Notes: generated by a model from the letters alone, not told the origin. A DNA stretch of 64,000 bases from an uncultured Gammaproteobacteria bacterium (GCA_963729605.1 CAVSNY010000007.1:1152001-1216000), one strand, 5' to 3'; shown: positions 20,580 through 32,110, counted from the first letter of the stretch. Translations and numbers: made by a program.

Positions 20580-22466
20580 ATGAGCAGTAATTACGACGCC
20601 GCCGCCATCGAGGTGCTGACCGGCCTGGACCCCGTGCGCAAGCGTCCCGGCATGTATACCGACACCGCTCGTCCCAATCACCTCGCCCAAGAGGTGATCG
20701 ACAACAGCGTGGACGAGGCCATGGCCGGCCACGCCCGCCGTATCGAGGTCATACTTTATAAAGACGGTTCGTTGGAGGTGAAGGACGATGGCCGCGGCAT
20801 GCCGGTGGACGTCCATCCCGGCGAGCGGGTGTCGGGGGTGGAGGTGATCCTCACCCGCCTGCACGCCGGCGGCAAATTCTCCAACAAGAATTATCGCTTC
20901 TCCGGCGGCCTGCACGGGGTGGGGGTCTCGGTGGTCAACGCCTTGTCGAAAGAGTTGCAAGTCCGGGTCCGGCGCGGCGGCCAGGAATACCGGATGACCT
21001 TCGCCCATGGCGAGAAAGCTTCCGACTTGGAAGTGGTGGGTCAGGTCGGCAAAAACAACACCGGCACCACGCTGCGCTTCTGGCCCGAGCCCAAATATTT
21101 CGACACGCCGAAATTCCTGGTCCCCAAACTCAAGCACATCCTGCGCGCCAAAGCGGTGTTGTGCCCCGGTCTGCACGTGAAGTTTTTCGACGAGGCCGGC
21201 GGCGAACAGGAAGAGTGGCAGTATCAGAACGGGCTCAAGGATTATCTGCTCGACGCCCTGCACGGTTTCGAGCGGTTGCCGGAAGAACCGTTTACCGGTG
21301 TCATGGAAGGCAATCACGAGGCCGCCGAATGGGCGGTGGTGTGGCTGCCGGCGGGCGGCGAACTGGTCGCCGAGAGTTACGTCAATCTGATCCCGACCCC
21401 GCAGGGCGGCACCCATGTCAACGGTCTGCGCACCGGCCTCACCGAGGCGGTGCGGGAATTTTGCGAATTCCGCAATCTGCTGCCGCGCGGCGTGCGGCTC
21501 GCGCCGGAAGACGTGTGGGAGCGTTGCGCGCACGTGTTGTCGGTGAAGATGCAGGAGCCGCAGTTCAGCGGCCAGACCAAGGACCGCTTGTCGTCGCGCG
21601 AGTGCGCGGCCTTCGTCTCCGGTGTGGTGAAGGATGCCTTCAGTCTGTGGCTCAATCAGCACATCGAGGCCGGCGAGCGCATCGCCTTGTATGCGATCAA
21701 TAACGCCCAGGCGCGGTTGCGCGCGGATAAAAAAGTGGTGCGTAAAAAAGTCACCAGCGGGCCGGCGCTGCCGGGCAAGCTGGCCGATTGCAGTTCGCAG
21801 GATTTGGCGCGCACCGAATTGTTTTTGGTGGAAGGCGATTCGGCCGGCGGTTCGGCCAAGCAGGCGCGCAACCGGGACTTCCAAGCCGTGATGCCGCTGC
21901 GCGGCAAAATTCTCAACACCTGGGAGGTCGATCCCGCCGAGGTGCTGGGTTCGCAGGAGGTACACGACATCTCGGTGGCGGTCGGCGTCGAACCCGGTTC
22001 CGATAATCTGCAAGGACTGCGTTACGGCAAGATATGCATCCTCGCCGACGCCGATTCCGACGGCGCGCATATCGCGACCCTGCTCTGCGCGCTGTTCCTG
22101 CGCCACTTCCGCGCGTTGGTGACTGCGGGCCACGTGTTCGTCGCCATGCCGCCGCTGTATCGCATCGACGTGGGCAAAGAGGTGTTCTACGCCCTCGACG
22201 ACGCCGAGAAGGTGGGTGTGCTCGATCGCATCGCGGCGGACAAATTGAAAGGCAAGATCAACGTGCAGCGCTTCAAGGGGCTGGGCGAGATGAATCCTCT
22301 GCAATTACGCGAAACCACCGTCGATCCGGACACGCGGCGTCTGGTGCAACTCACCGTCGCGGCCAGCGACGAGACCGATGCCTTGATGGATATGCTGCTC
22401 GCCAAGCGCCGCGCCAACGATCGCCGCGACTGGCTGGAGAAGAAAGGTAATCTGGCCTTGGTATAA
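20580..22466 (+). CDS. parE: DNA topoisomerase IV subunit B
   Basis: RKRPGMY, EVIDNSVDE, LHAGGKF, VEGDSAGG, DADSDG and QRFKGLGEMNP motifs. Confidence 0.98.
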   Translation: MSSNYDAAAIEVLTGLDPVRKRPGMYTDTARPNHLAQEVIDNSVDEAMAGHARRIEVILYKDGSLEVKDDGRGMPVDVHPGERVSGVEVILTRLHAGGKFSNKNYRFSGGLHGVGVSVVNALSKELQVRVRRGGQEYRMTFAHGEKASDLEVVGQVGKNNTGTTLRFWPEPKYFDTPKFLVPKLKHILRAKAVLCPGLHVKFFDEAGGEQEEWQYQNGLKDYLLDALHGFERLPEEPFTGVMEGNHEAAEWAVVWLPAGGELVAESYVNLIPTPQGGTHVNGLRTGLTEAVREFCEFRNLLPRGVRLAPEDVWERCAHVLSVKMQEPQFSGQTKDRLSSRECAAFVSGVVKDAFSLWLNQHIEAGERIALYAINNAQARLRADKKVVRKKVTSGPALPGKLADCSSQDLARTELFLVEGDSAGGSAKQARNRDFQAVMPLRGKILNTWEVDPAEVLGSQEVHDISVAVGVEPGSDNLQGLRYGKICILADADSDGAHIATLLCALFLRHFRALVTAGHVFVAMPPLYRIDVGKEVFYALDDAEKVGVLDRIAADKLKGKINVQRFKGLGEMNPLQLRETTVDPDTRRLVQLTVAASDETDALMDMLLAKRRANDRRDWLEKKGNLALV

Positions 22467-22649
22467 ATGCCGTCGGCCCGCCGGCGCGGGCTTCATTTAG
22501 CCCCCGTGGCGGCGCGCTTCTGTGGCATGTATGCCTTTATTTCAGGCCTTTTTATTGCCGACCGATCTAATCGGTTTTTCTATCTTTAAGAGTTAGTTAG
22601 CTTTTTTGTTTCCATAACCTACCATCCCCGTCATCATTCCAGCACAACG

Positions 22650-22676
22650 TAAAGGTTTAATTTCAAGGGCCGACAT
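22650..22676 (+). promoter_or_regulatory. Sigma28 (FliA)-like promoter upstream of the MCP operon
   Basis: TAAA-15 nt-GCCGACAT; a weaker TCAG-15 nt-ACCGATCT lies at 22542-22568. Confidence 0.7.
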
Positions 22677-22745
22677 CCTGTGGGGTGGAAGGGGAGATGA
22701 ACTCCCTCCATATGCCAGCGCGATGTAATATGGAAGGCTCTTAAA

Positions 22746-24368
22746 ATGATCGCAAATTTTTTATCCAATCTCAGCTGGAAGAAAAAGATTTTTGGCGTAG
22801 CCGGTTTGTTCATGCTGGGCATCATCATCGAAGCCCTGGTGGGAGGCTACACCATTATGACGCAGAACCACGCCATGCAGCAGGTTTTGCAAGCCTCGCA
22901 GAGCAAGGTTGACGCCGCCATGACCGCACGCACCGCCATTTTGGAAGTGGGGCGGGCGCAAGCCGAATTGATCAGTTACGCCGACCCCCAACAAATCCGC
23001 GCCTCGTCGGTGAACGCCATCCGCGCCTCTTCGGTATTGGAGGAAGCCGTGCAAGGTCTGACCCTGGCCTTGCCCGAGGATGCCATGGTGGCGGAGTTGG
23101 CGAAACTGGTTCAGGAAATCAAACCCGGCAAGATGGCGGTGATCAAGGCCGCCCGCGCCAATGATGATGCGCACGCCCTGGAATTGGACGCGGCGATGCG
23201 GGAACCCTTGCAGCGCATCGAAGAACTGTCGCGTAACTTGGTCGAGGCGCAGCGCAGCATGCTCGACGATTCGATGCAGCGGCAAGAGCAACAGGCGCGT
23301 TCGACGATATGGTTGTTGAGCATCTTCGTCAGCTTGGGCGTGATCGTTGGGATCATCATCAGTTTTGCCGCCGCTCATCTCATGACCAAACCGCTGGCGG
23401 TATTGGATCGCTCCATGGAGGCCTTGGCGAAAGGCGATCTATCCATTCAACTCCCCGGCGCGGGCCGGGATGAGATCGGACGCACCATCGGTTCCATGTC
23501 CAGCATGGTGCGCGATCTTCACGCGCTGGTGGAAAAAGTGTACGAGGGCGCGGGCAAGCTGTCCGTCCAAGCCGATAACGTGACCCGGACCGCCGACGAC
23601 ATCAAAGGCGGTTCGGCCACGCTGCATGAATCGGTGAAGGATATCAAACACGATGCCGAAGTGGTGCTGCAGGCGGCCGCCGCGGCCTTGGGGCAATTGG
23701 CGGCGGCCGGTAGCGCCGCTCAGTTCACCTCGGAAAATTCGACGCGGGTCGCCAAAGAAATAGACGACACGGTGGCCGGCTTTAAACGTTTCCAGGAACA
23801 GATGGCGTCCACCGCCAAGGTGACGCGCGAGTTGGCGCGTACCGCCGAAACGATCACCTCGATTACCAACACGATTCGCGATATCTCTTCGCAAACCAAT
23901 CTGCTGGCCTTAAACGCGGCCATCGAGGCCGCCCGCGCCGGCGAACAGGGCCGCGGTTTCGCGGTGGTGGCGGACGAGGTGCGTAACCTGGCCAAGCGCA
24001 CGGAAGATGCCACGGCGGAGATTTCCACCTTGGTGGAAAGCATCGGCGACAATATCGATCACACGGTGGGTTTGCTGGAAACCACCATGCAACAGGCCAA
24101 TCAAAACGTCGAACGTTTGCAAAAAGTCGCCGACGATACCACTAAGGGCAATGTGCAGGTGCGCGCCATGCAGGAAAGCATCGGCGGCATAGAGAATTTG
24201 ATGAATGATCAGGAGCAGGCCATCGCCGGTATTCATGCCGCGGTGGGTAATTTGTTCGCGCTCAGCACGGATACCAACACGCAGACCGAGTTGTTGAACG
24301 AGTTGGCCGGCAATCTGAATGTGGCGGCGGGCGAACTCAAGTTGGTGGTGGGAAAATTCAAGTTGTAG
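22746..24368 (+). CDS. Methyl-accepting chemotaxis protein
   Basis: Two TMs, helical periplasmic domain, HAMP and [29 protein letters not shown]. Confidence 0.95.
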   Translation: MIANFLSNLSWKKKIFGVAGLFMLGIIIEALVGGYTIMTQNHAMQQVLQASQSKVDAAMTARTAILEVGRAQAELISYADPQQIRASSVNAIRASSVLEEAVQGLTLALPEDAMVAELAKLVQEIKPGKMAVIKAARANDDAHALELDAAMREPLQRIEELSRNLVEAQRSMLDDSMQRQEQQARSTIWLLSIFVSLGVIVGIIISFAAAHLMTKPLAVLDRSMEALAKGDLSIQLPGAGRDEIGRTIGSMSSMVRDLHALVEKVYEGAGKLSVQADNVTRTADDIKGGSATLHESVKDIKHDAEVVLQAAAAALGQLAAAGSAAQFTSENSTRVAKEIDDTVAGFKRFQEQMASTAKVTRELARTAETITSITNTIRDISSQTNLLALNAAIEAARAGEQGRGFAVVADEVRNLAKRTEDATAEISTLVESIGDNIDHTVGLLETTMQQANQNVERLQKVADDTTKGNVQVRAMQESIGGIENLMNDQEQAIAGIHAAVGNLFALSTDTNTQTELLNELAGNLNVAAGELKLVVGKFKL

Positions 24369-24407
24369 CCGGTGAACGGCGTTGCTGTATTGCGAGGAGG
24401 AGTAATT

Positions 24408-25394
24408 ATGAAATCGGGAATGATGATCGCGCTGTTGGGATTGGTGATGAGTCTGACGGTGCACGCCGCTCCAAGTGATAGTTATTTGCGGCCGGAGAAG
24501 GTGCCGGCGCCGCCGAATAATCTGGTTACGCCGGAGCGCGTCGCCTTGGGCAAGGCCCTGTTTTTCGATCCGCGGCTCTCGGGCTCCAATTGGATCAGTT
24601 GCGCGACCTGTCATAACCCCGCGCTGGGCTGGTCCGACGCCCTGCCCACCGCCATCGGTCACGGCATGAAAATTCTGGGTCGCGCCACCCCCACGATATT
24701 GAATACCGCCTACCAGCGTAAACAGATGTGGGACGGCCGCTTCCGCACCCTGGAAGAACAGGCGCTCGCACCGATCGAGGCGGATGTGGAGATGAGCCAG
24801 AATTTGGATGAGGTGGTCGCGGAACTCAAGGAGATCGCCGGCTATCATGCCTTGTTCGAAAAGGCCTACCCCGGCGAAGGTATCACTAAGGACACCATCG
24901 CCAAGGCGATCGCCAGTTTTGAACGCACCATCGTCTCCAGCGACGCGCCTTTTGACCGCTGGATCAAGGGTGACGAAAAGGCCATGAGCGATTCCGCCAA
25001 ACAGGGTTTCGCGCTGTTCGAAGGCAAGGCCAATTGCACGGCCTGTCATCAAGGGTTCAATTTCATCGATGACGGGTTTCACAATATCGGTTTGAAGGGC
25101 AATCAGGATGCGGGCCGCCATGCTGTGGTACCGGTCGCCGTGATGATGGGCGCCTTCAAGACTCCGACCTTGCGTGACGTCGCGCTCACCGCGCCTTATA
25201 TGCACAACGGTATGTACAATACCCTTGCTGAAGTGGTGGCCCACTACAACCGGGGCGGCGATGTCAAAGACAATCTCGATCCCAATATGAAGCCGCTTAA
25301 TCTGACGGATCAGGAGCAAAAAGATATCGTGGAATTTTTGAAGGCGTTGACCGGTGAACAGATGGCGGTCACCGTACCGCACTTGCCGCAATAA
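24408..25394 (+). CDS. Diheme bCcP/MauG-superfamily enzyme, Tyr-ligand (MauG-like) type
   Basis: Signal peptide, LFFDPRLS, CATCH, WDGR, CTACH, FKTPTLR, PYMHNG with Tyr 14 residues after that His. Confidence 0.9.
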   Translation: MKSGMMIALLGLVMSLTVHAAPSDSYLRPEKVPAPPNNLVTPERVALGKALFFDPRLSGSNWISCATCHNPALGWSDALPTAIGHGMKILGRATPTILNTAYQRKQMWDGRFRTLEEQALAPIEADVEMSQNLDEVVAELKEIAGYHALFEKAYPGEGITKDTIAKAIASFERTIVSSDAPFDRWIKGDEKAMSDSAKQGFALFEGKANCTACHQGFNFIDDGFHNIGLKGNQDAGRHAVVPVAVMMGAFKTPTLRDVALTAPYMHNGMYNTLAEVVAHYNRGGDVKDNLDPNMKPLNLTDQEQKDIVEFLKALTGEQMAVTVPHLPQ

Positions 25395-25410
25395 ATGGAG
25401 GAGAGGTGTG

Positions 25411-25752
25411 ATGCGTGCGATGAAAGCGAAAGTGACGGTTATTTTATGCGTGATGACGCTGGCGGCGGGTGCCGCCGGTGCGGCGGAGTATACGGTATCG
25501 CAGCATAATAAGGCCTTTGAAAAAGACGGCGCCAAGATCGAAAAATTATCCATCAAGGTGGGTGACACCGTCCATTTCAAAAATCTCGATCCTTGGTTTC
25601 ACAATGTGTTTTCTTTGTCCGATATTAAGACCTTCGACTTGGGTTCCTATCCGCAGGGACAGCAAAAGTCCGTGGTGTTCGATAAGGCCGGTACGGCGGA
25701 GATCGAGTGCGCCATCCATCCGCAGATGATTCTGGAGTTGGAGGTCAAATAA
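25411..25752 (+). CDS. Exported cupredoxin (type-1 copper protein)
   Basis: Signal peptide, VGDTVHF, HNV and CAIHPQM give the His/Cys/His/Met ligand set. Confidence 0.87.
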   Translation: MRAMKAKVTVILCVMTLAAGAAGAAEYTVSQHNKAFEKDGAKIEKLSIKVGDTVHFKNLDPWFHNVFSLSDIKTFDLGSYPQGQQKSVVFDKAGTAEIECAIHPQMILELEVK

Positions 25753-26412
25753 ATGCGGGCAAGGTTGTACTTGGCAGCCGCGGCCGCCTTGCTGGCTCAG
25801 CTGGCGCTGTGCGCCGGCGCCATGGCCACCGACAGCCGCGAGAGGGTCGAGATGGAAATCTCCAAACCGGCGGTGCGCGGCGCCATCGTGTTCAAGCACT
25901 ATTGCACGTTGTGCCACGGCGAGGTGGCCGATGGCACGGCGCGCGCTTCCAAACTTTACGGCGAATTGAATTTAACCATCTCTCCACAGTCGGTCGTCGA
26001 GTACGAAAAAATCATTCGCGGCGGTGGCGTGGCGGTGGCCAGATCGCCCTTCATGCCGCCGTGGGAGGGCGAGCTGTCCGAGGAGCAGATCAGCGACGTG
26101 ATCGCTTATCTGGCCTTGGTGGGCAACCCGGTGCGGCGCGGCGAGGTGGTGTTCAAGACCAATTGCGTGTTGTGTCACGGCGTCAAGGGCGACGGCAAGG
26201 GACGCGCCTCGGTGCTCTACGATCCGCCGCCCGCCAATCTCACGCTCAGTGACAAAAACGACCTGTATAAAGAGATGATCATCACCAACGGCGGCGCGGC
26301 CATGGGCCGTTCGGCGGTGATGCCGGTGTGGGGTGAGCAATTGTCGCCGCAGGAAATCAAGGATGTGGTGGCTTATTTACGCACGATTCTGCTGGTGCCG
26401 CCGCCGGAGTGA
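25753..26412 (+). CDS. Diheme cytochrome c (two class-I domains)
   Basis: CTLCH...MPPW and CVLCH...MPVW internal repeat; signal peptide. Confidence 0.9.
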   Translation: MRARLYLAAAAALLAQLALCAGAMATDSRERVEMEISKPAVRGAIVFKHYCTLCHGEVADGTARASKLYGELNLTISPQSVVEYEKIIRGGGVAVARSPFMPPWEGELSEEQISDVIAYLALVGNPVRRGEVVFKTNCVLCHGVKGDGKGRASVLYDPPPANLTLSDKNDLYKEMIITNGGAAMGRSAVMPVWGEQLSPQEIKDVVAYLRTILLVPPPE

Positions 26413-26568
26413 AGTCCGTCCCATCGACCCGGGCCGCGGCGCGGCTCGGGTTTTTCGCGGCCAAGCCCGTCCCGCGATCCCCTCCACGCCCGTCCTGATC
26501 ATGCCGTATAATGCCGCTGCCCGCGGCCCGCCTTGAGGTCCTCGGCATAATGCGACAGGTAGTCAGAC

Positions 26569-28824
26569 ATGAGCGGCACAGATGTATTGAACGTGGAAGG
26601 CGTCGAACGCCTGCCGTTAAAAGTATTCACCGAAAAGGCGTACCTGGACTATTCCATGTACGTGATTCTCGACCGGGCCCTGCCGCACATCGGCGACGGC
26701 CTCAAACCGGTGCAGCGCCGCATCGTGTACGCCATGTCGGAGCTGGGACTGTCGGCGGCGGCGAAATATAAAAAATCCGCGCGCACCGTGGGCGACGTGC
26801 TCGGCAAGTTTCATCCCCACGGCGATTCGGCCTGTTACGAGGCCATGGTGTTGATGGCCCAGTCCTTCTCTTATCGCTATCCGCTGATCGACGGCCAAGG
26901 CAACTGGGGTTCGCCGGACGATCCGAAATCCTTCGCTGCCATGCGTTACACCGAGGCGCGTCTCGCGCCTTACGCCGAGGTGCTGCTGAGCGAACTGGGC
27001 CAGGGCACGGTGGAGTGGGTGGCCAATTTCGACGGCACCCTCGACGAGCCGGCGATGTTGCCGGCGCGCCTGCCCAATGTCCTGCTCAACGGCGCCACCG
27101 GCATCGCGGTGGGCATGGCCACCGACATCCTGCCCCACAACGCCCGCGAAATCGCGGCGGCCTGCATCCGTCTATTGGACGAGCCGCAGGCCGGCGTCGC
27201 GCAGTTATGCGAACACGTGCTGGGCCCGGATTTTCCCACCGAGGCCGAGATCATCACCGCGCGCGCCGATCTGCTGCAGATGTACGAGACCGGCAACGGT
27301 TCGGTACGGCTGCGCGCCCGTTATGAAATGGAAGACGGCGACATCGTGATCACCGCGCTGCCGTATCAAGTGTCCGGCTCGAAAATTTTGGAGCAGATCG
27401 CGGCGCAGATGACGGCCAAGAAATTGCCGATGGTGGAGGACCTGCGCGACGAATCCGATCATGAAAATCCCACGCGGCTGGTGATCGTCACCCGTTCCAA
27501 CCGGGTGGACAGCGCAGCGTTGATGGCCCATTTGTTCGCGACCACCGATTTGGAGCGCAGCTACCGGGTGAATTTCAACGTCATCGGCCTCGACGGCCGG
27601 CCGCGGGTGAAGAATTTGCGCGAGATGCTGACGGAGTGGCTGGAGTTTCGTACCAAGACCGTGCGCCGCCGTTTGCAATATCGCCTGGATAAAGTGTTGC
27701 AACGTCTGCACATCCTCGACGGCTTGTTGATCGCCTATCTCAATCTCGACGAAGTGATCCGCATCATCCGTTACGAGGACGAACCCAAGCCGGCTTTGAT
27801 GGCGCGCTTCGCTTTAAGCGAGATCCAGGCCGACGCCATTTTGGATTTGAAACTGCGCCACCTCGCCAAGCTGGAAGAGATGAAAATCCGCGGCGAACAG
27901 GCCGACCTCGCCAAGGAACGCGATGGTCTGGAACGTACCCTCGGTTCGAAGAAACGCTTGCAGGCGCTGATCCGCGCCGAGCTCGAAGCCGACGCCGAAA
28001 AATACGGCGACCCGCGCCGTTCGCCGCTGGTGGCGCGCGGCGCGGCGCAGGCCTTTTCGGCGGACAGCCTGGTGCCCAGCGAACCGACCACCGTGGTGTT
28101 GTCGCAAATGGGCTGGGTGCGCGCGGCCAAGGGCCATGATATCGATCCGGCCAGTTTGAGTTACAAGGCGGGCGACGGTTACGCGGTCGCCGCGCGCGGC
28201 CGCAGCAATCAGTTGGCGGTGTTCATCGACTCCACGGGACGTACCTATTCCTTGCCCGCCCACAGCCTGCCCTCGGCGCGCGGTCAGGGCGAGCCGCTCA
28301 CCGGCCGGCTCAACCCGCCGCCCGGCGCGGTGTTCGCGGGGCTGATGCTGGGCAATCCCGAGGATCACTACCTGCTCGCCAGCGACGCCGGTTACGGCTT
28401 CGTGGTCAAGCTGGCCGATCTCTACGCCAAGAACAAAAGCGGCAAGGCGGTGCTGGCCTTGCCCAAGGGCGCGCGGGTACTGCCGCCCACGCCGGTGCGC
28501 GACCCGGCCGGCGATGTGGTGGCGGCGGTGAACAATCTCGGCCGGATGCTGGTGGTGCCGTTGAGCGAATTGGCCGCCCTCGCCAAGGGCAAGGGCGACA
28601 AGATCATCGGTATTCCGGGGCCGAAACTGGCGGCGCGCGAAGAATACGTGGTGGCCATGACGGCGTTGCCCGCATACGGCACGCTGATCATCCATGCCGG
28701 CCAGCGTCACATGAGTTTGAAGCCGGCGGATTTGCAGGCCTACGCCGGAGAACGCGGCCGGCGCGGTACGGCCTTGCCGCGCGGTTTTCAAAAGGTCGAC
28801 CGCCTGTCGGTGGAAACGGCCTGA
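26569..28824 (+). CDS. parC: DNA topoisomerase IV subunit A
   Basis: [19 protein letters not shown] and catalytic AAMRY. Confidence 0.98.
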   Translation: MSGTDVLNVEGVERLPLKVFTEKAYLDYSMYVILDRALPHIGDGLKPVQRRIVYAMSELGLSAAAKYKKSARTVGDVLGKFHPHGDSACYEAMVLMAQSFSYRYPLIDGQGNWGSPDDPKSFAAMRYTEARLAPYAEVLLSELGQGTVEWVANFDGTLDEPAMLPARLPNVLLNGATGIAVGMATDILPHNAREIAAACIRLLDEPQAGVAQLCEHVLGPDFPTEAEIITARADLLQMYETGNGSVRLRARYEMEDGDIVITALPYQVSGSKILEQIAAQMTAKKLPMVEDLRDESDHENPTRLVIVTRSNRVDSAALMAHLFATTDLERSYRVNFNVIGLDGRPRVKNLREMLTEWLEFRTKTVRRRLQYRLDKVLQRLHILDGLLIAYLNLDEVIRIIRYEDEPKPALMARFALSEIQADAILDLKLRHLAKLEEMKIRGEQADLAKERDGLERTLGSKKRLQALIRAELEADAEKYGDPRRSPLVARGAAQAFSADSLVPSEPTTVVLSQMGWVRAAKGHDIDPASLSYKAGDGYAVAARGRSNQLAVFIDSTGRTYSLPAHSLPSARGQGEPLTGRLNPPPGAVFAGLMLGNPEDHYLLASDAGYGFVVKLADLYAKNKSGKAVLALPKGARVLPPTPVRDPAGDVVAAVNNLGRMLVVPLSELAALAKGKGDKIIGIPGPKLAAREEYVVAMTALPAYGTLIIHAGQRHMSLKPADLQAYAGERGRRGTALPRGFQKVDRLSVETA

Positions 28825-28898
28825 AATTTCACGCGGGCCGGCGGGATAGAATTCCTGTTTTTTCTGTCGAACCGGAGGTTTATGGGAAAAGGTGGGGG

Positions 28899-28927
28899 CT
28901 TGAAATGGCCGCCGGTCATCCCCACCT
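28899..28927 (+). promoter_or_regulatory. Sigma32-like promoter of htpX
   Basis: CTTGAAA-14 nt-CCCCACCT upstream of a heat-shock protease gene. Confidence 0.75.
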
Positions 28928-28963
28928 TGACACAAGTCCGTTATCACATTGGAGCCTTTTCAG

Positions 28964-29846
28964 ATGAAGCGCATACTGCTTTTCCTTGCCACCAACTTGG
29001 CCATCATCGTGGTGCTGAGTATTACCCTGCGTATCCTGGGGGTTGAGCGGATCCTCGATGAGCAGGGGGTCGGTTTGAACATGACTTCGCTGCTGATCTT
29101 CGCGGCGGTGTTCGGCATGGGCGGTTCGTTTCTTTCGCTGGCGATGTCCAAATGGACCGCCAAGCGGTTCACCGGTGCGCAGGTGATCGAGCAACCGCGT
29201 ACCCCGGAAGAGCGCTGGCTGGTGGAGACCGTGCAGCGCCAGGCGCGCGCCGCGGGTATCGGCATGCCGGAAGTGGCGATTTACGACGCGCCGGACATCA
29301 ACGCCTTCGCTACCGGCATGAGCCGTAACAAGGCCCTGGTGGCGGTGAGCACCGGATTGCTCCGCTCCATGAGCCGCGACGAGGCCGAGGCGGTGCTCGG
29401 TCACGAGGTGAGCCACATCGCCAACGGCGACATGATCACCCTCGCCCTGATACAGGGTGTGGTGAACACCTTCGTGATCTTCCTGTCGCGGGTCATCGGT
29501 CATTTGGTGGACCGGGTGGTGTTCAAGAATCGAGCGCGGCCACGGCCCGGCGTTTTGGGTGACCGCCATCGTCGCCGAACTGGTGCTGGGCATACTCGCC
29601 AGTATCATCGTGATGTGGTTCAGCCGCTGCCGCGAGTTCCGCGCCGATGCGGGCGGTGCCCAGTTGGCCGGGCGGCAGAAGATGATCAGCGCCTTGGAGC
29701 GCTTGGCGCAGGCGCACAGCGCGCCTTTGCCCGATCAGTTGGCGGCCTTCGGTATTTCTGGGAGCATCGCCCATGGTTTGAAGCGCTTGTTCATGACCCA
29801 TCCGCCGCTGGAAGAACGCATTGCCGCCTTGCGCGCGCAAGGCTGA
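28964..29846 (+). CDS. htpX: Protease HtpX with one apparent +1 frameshift near 29531
   Basis: [17 protein letters not shown] and HEVSH in one frame; [11 protein letters not shown] and THPPL in another. Removing one base gives [14 protein letters not shown]. Confidence 0.92.
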
Positions 29847-29879
29847 TATAGCGAGATATAACGAGATCGGCGGGACCAG

Positions 29880-29914
29880 ACGCCGCCGCCTGAAATAGGC
29901 GGCGGCGTTTTTTT
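29880..29914 (+). terminator. Intrinsic terminator between convergent htpX and fimX
   Basis: ACGCCGCCGCCT-gaaat-AGGCGGCGGCGT followed by a T run. Confidence 0.9.
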
Positions 29915-29919
29915 ATGAC

Positions 29920-32016
29920 TTATTCGTTTTCGTCGAAGTTGTAGGACAGGTCTTCGTCGGGGGCTTGCAGGAAGAAGCCGACGATGTAATCGACCTGGCA
30001 TTGCCACAGCGTGGTCATCTTGCTGGCTTCCTGAACGAAGGTGGCGATAGTTAACGTGCCGAGGTCGTGGGCCGCCTGCACCACGGTTTTAATCATCATT
30101 TCTTCTTTCGCGCCGCCGGACAGTTTGTCGACGAACGATCCCGCCAGTTTCACGAAATCGGCGCGCAATTGATCGAGATATTCCAAGGAACGCGGGTCGG
30201 CGCCGAAGTGGCCCAACGCGGTGCGGCAACGCAGTTGTTTCAAATTCAGCATCAATTGTTTCGCCGCCTCCGGATTACGCGCGGCGGCGGCCTCTTTGAT
30301 TTCGAAGATCAGCGTGTCGCCCGGCAATTGCATATCCAGCAATTGTTTGCCGATCCAGGGGGCCAAGCTTTGATCGTTCAGGCTGTCTTCCGACAGTTTG
30401 ACGATGAAGCTGGTTTCCTTGCCGCCCGCGCGTTGCTTGACCAAGACCTGCATGGTGGCCGAGATCACCCAGCGGTCGAGGGCCGGCATGAGCCCGGCCT
30501 TCTCCGCGATGGGCATGAAGTCGGCGGGCATCACTTCTTTGCCTTGCTCGTCGAGCATGCGCATCAACACGTCATAACATTGGAACGGTCCGCCGTGCAG
30601 GTTGACGATGGGTTGATAGACCAAGCGGAAACGATTGGCCGCCAGCGCGTCGCGCAGACGTTGCCGTGCGGCCAAGGCCTGGTCGTCGCCGACCGAGGTG
30701 TTGAGCGCGGGGTCGGCGATCTGCACGCGGTTGCCGCCGGCCTGTTTCGCGAATTGACAGGCGGTGTCGGCGTCGGCCAGGGCCAACATGCCTTTTTTGA
30801 CCTCGGCCGCGGGCGAGGAGACGCCGATGCTGCAAGTGGTCGTGATTTTTTGGCCGTTGCGCTGCCAGCTTTGTTGCGCCACATCCTGGCAAATCGCCCG
30901 CGCGATTTTCCCGGTCTGCTCCGCCGTAAGTTTGGGAAACAGCAGGGTGAAGGTTTGCGCCGAGTTGTGGCTGACCGTGGCGTCTTTACCCGCGCGCTTG
31001 ACGATGACGGCGGCGATGTCGCGGATGATGCCTTCCAGTTCCGCGTTGTCGGCGCCTTGCTTGATTTTGTCGAACTCGTCGATTTCCACGTAAGCGAGGG
31101 TCATCGGCGGACGTTGCGCCGCTTGCAGCGCGCCGTCCAAGCTGCTGATGAAGTCACCCGCGCTGAGCAGGCCGAGCGGATGGCGCGGCGCGGCCGGGCT
31201 GGCGGCCGGCCGGCCGATGTCGGCGGTCAATAGGATGGACAATTGTACGCACTGTTGGCCGTTAACATGAGCGCTGGAAGCTTCTACCGTGGTTTTGAAT
31301 TCGCGCCCGTCGGCGCCTAATACCCGCAAGCTTAATTGCTTGCCGTCGGCTTGTTGGCTGCTGATCTGTTTGATCAAGTCGATGAAGGCCGGACGATCGT
31401 CGCCGTGTACCAGTGTGTTGAGCGACACGGCGCCGCCTTCGGTCTGTCTTCCGGTCAGCATGTCGAAGGCCGGATTGCTGTAAATGATTTTGCCGGCCCG
31501 CACGCAGGCGATGGCGTTGCGGGAGCTTTCCAACAACGCCTGACAGCGCCGTTCGCTTTCGCGAAACATGCGTTCGTAGTAATGGCGGGCGCGGCGTTGG
31601 GTGAGGTCGCGTAATTCGCGCTCCACCACCATATGCAGTTGCTCGGTATTGCGTTTGTTGAGCAGCGCGCGCGCGCCGTTGCGCAAGGCTTCGGTGAGCT
31701 CGCGTTCATCGATCTGTTCGCAGAGGATCAGCAAGGGGATGTCGAGTTTGGCGTGTTTAAGCAGGGCGAGCGCCTGTTTGGCGGTGAATCCCGCGACCTC
31801 CTGCGGACTGAGTATGATGTCCCATTCCTGTTTCTTGAGGGCGACTTGAAATTCCAACGGCGTTTTGGCGCGCGCGGCGGTCACGGCATAACCCGCCTCG
31901 CGCAAGGGATCGATGAGCGTCTGGGCCTCCGAGGCAGATTCCTCCAAGACCAGGAGACGCAGCACGCTTTGTCCTGTTTGCGGTTTCTCAACCAATCCCG
32001 TTTGCCCCTCAGACAC
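29920..32016 (-). CDS. fimX: FimX-like c-di-GMP receptor (REC-PAS-degenerate GGDEF-degenerate EAL)
   Basis: RLLVLEES, ESERRCQALLESS; GGDEF replaced by SAQTF, EAL by DVL, DDFG by GHFG; near a FimW-like gene and psd as in Pseudomonas. Confidence 0.82.
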   Translation of the reverse strand: MSEGQTGLVEKPQTGQSVLRLLVLEESASEAQTLIDPLREAGYAVTAARAKTPLEFQVALKKQEWDIILSPQEVAGFTAKQALALLKHAKLDIPLLILCEQIDERELTEALRNGARALLNKRNTEQLHMVVERELRDLTQRRARHYYERMFRESERRCQALLESSRNAIACVRAGKIIYSNPAFDMLTGRQTEGGAVSLNTLVHGDDRPAFIDLIKQISSQQADGKQLSLRVLGADGREFKTTVEASSAHVNGQQCVQLSILLTADIGRPAASPAAPRHPLGLLSAGDFISSLDGALQAAQRPPMTLAYVEIDEFDKIKQGADNAELEGIIRDIAAVIVKRAGKDATVSHNSAQTFTLLFPKLTAEQTGKIARAICQDVAQQSWQRNGQKITTTCSIGVSSPAAEVKKGMLALADADTACQFAKQAGGNRVQIADPALNTSVGDDQALAARQRLRDALAANRFRLVYQPIVNLHGGPFQCYDVLMRMLDEQGKEVMPADFMPIAEKAGLMPALDRWVISATMQVLVKQRAGGKETSFIVKLSEDSLNDQSLAPWIGKQLLDMQLPGDTLIFEIKEAAAARNPEAAKQLMLNLKQLRCRTALGHFGADPRSLEYLDQLRADFVKLAGSFVDKLSGGAKEEMMIKTVVQAAHDLGTLTIATFVQEASKMTTLWQCQVDYIVGFFLQAPDEDLSYNFDENE

Positions 32017-32083
32017 CGGATTCTCCTATAGTTTTAACCCACTCCATGGCTATTGTTAATCCTCTCCTGATTGTTCTTCAAAA

Positions 32084-32110
32084 CTATCGGCTATATAGGA
32101 TGAAACATGA
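32084..32110 (-). promoter_or_regulatory. Sigma28-like promoter upstream of fimX
   Basis: Minus strand TCATGTTT-11 nt-GCCGATAG (consensus TAAAGTTT-N11-GCCGATAA). Confidence 0.6.

Noticed and set aside
24408-25394. Methylamine utilisation (mau) cluster
   Set aside because: No mauA/mauB dehydrogenase subunits or mauD/mauE are present, so the mauG symbol was not assigned.
20439-25580. Long antisense ORFs such as 20439-22304 and 23910-25580 (also 44756-46012 and 56070-57902)
   Set aside because: They overlap well-supported genes on the other strand, as expected in GC-rich DNA.
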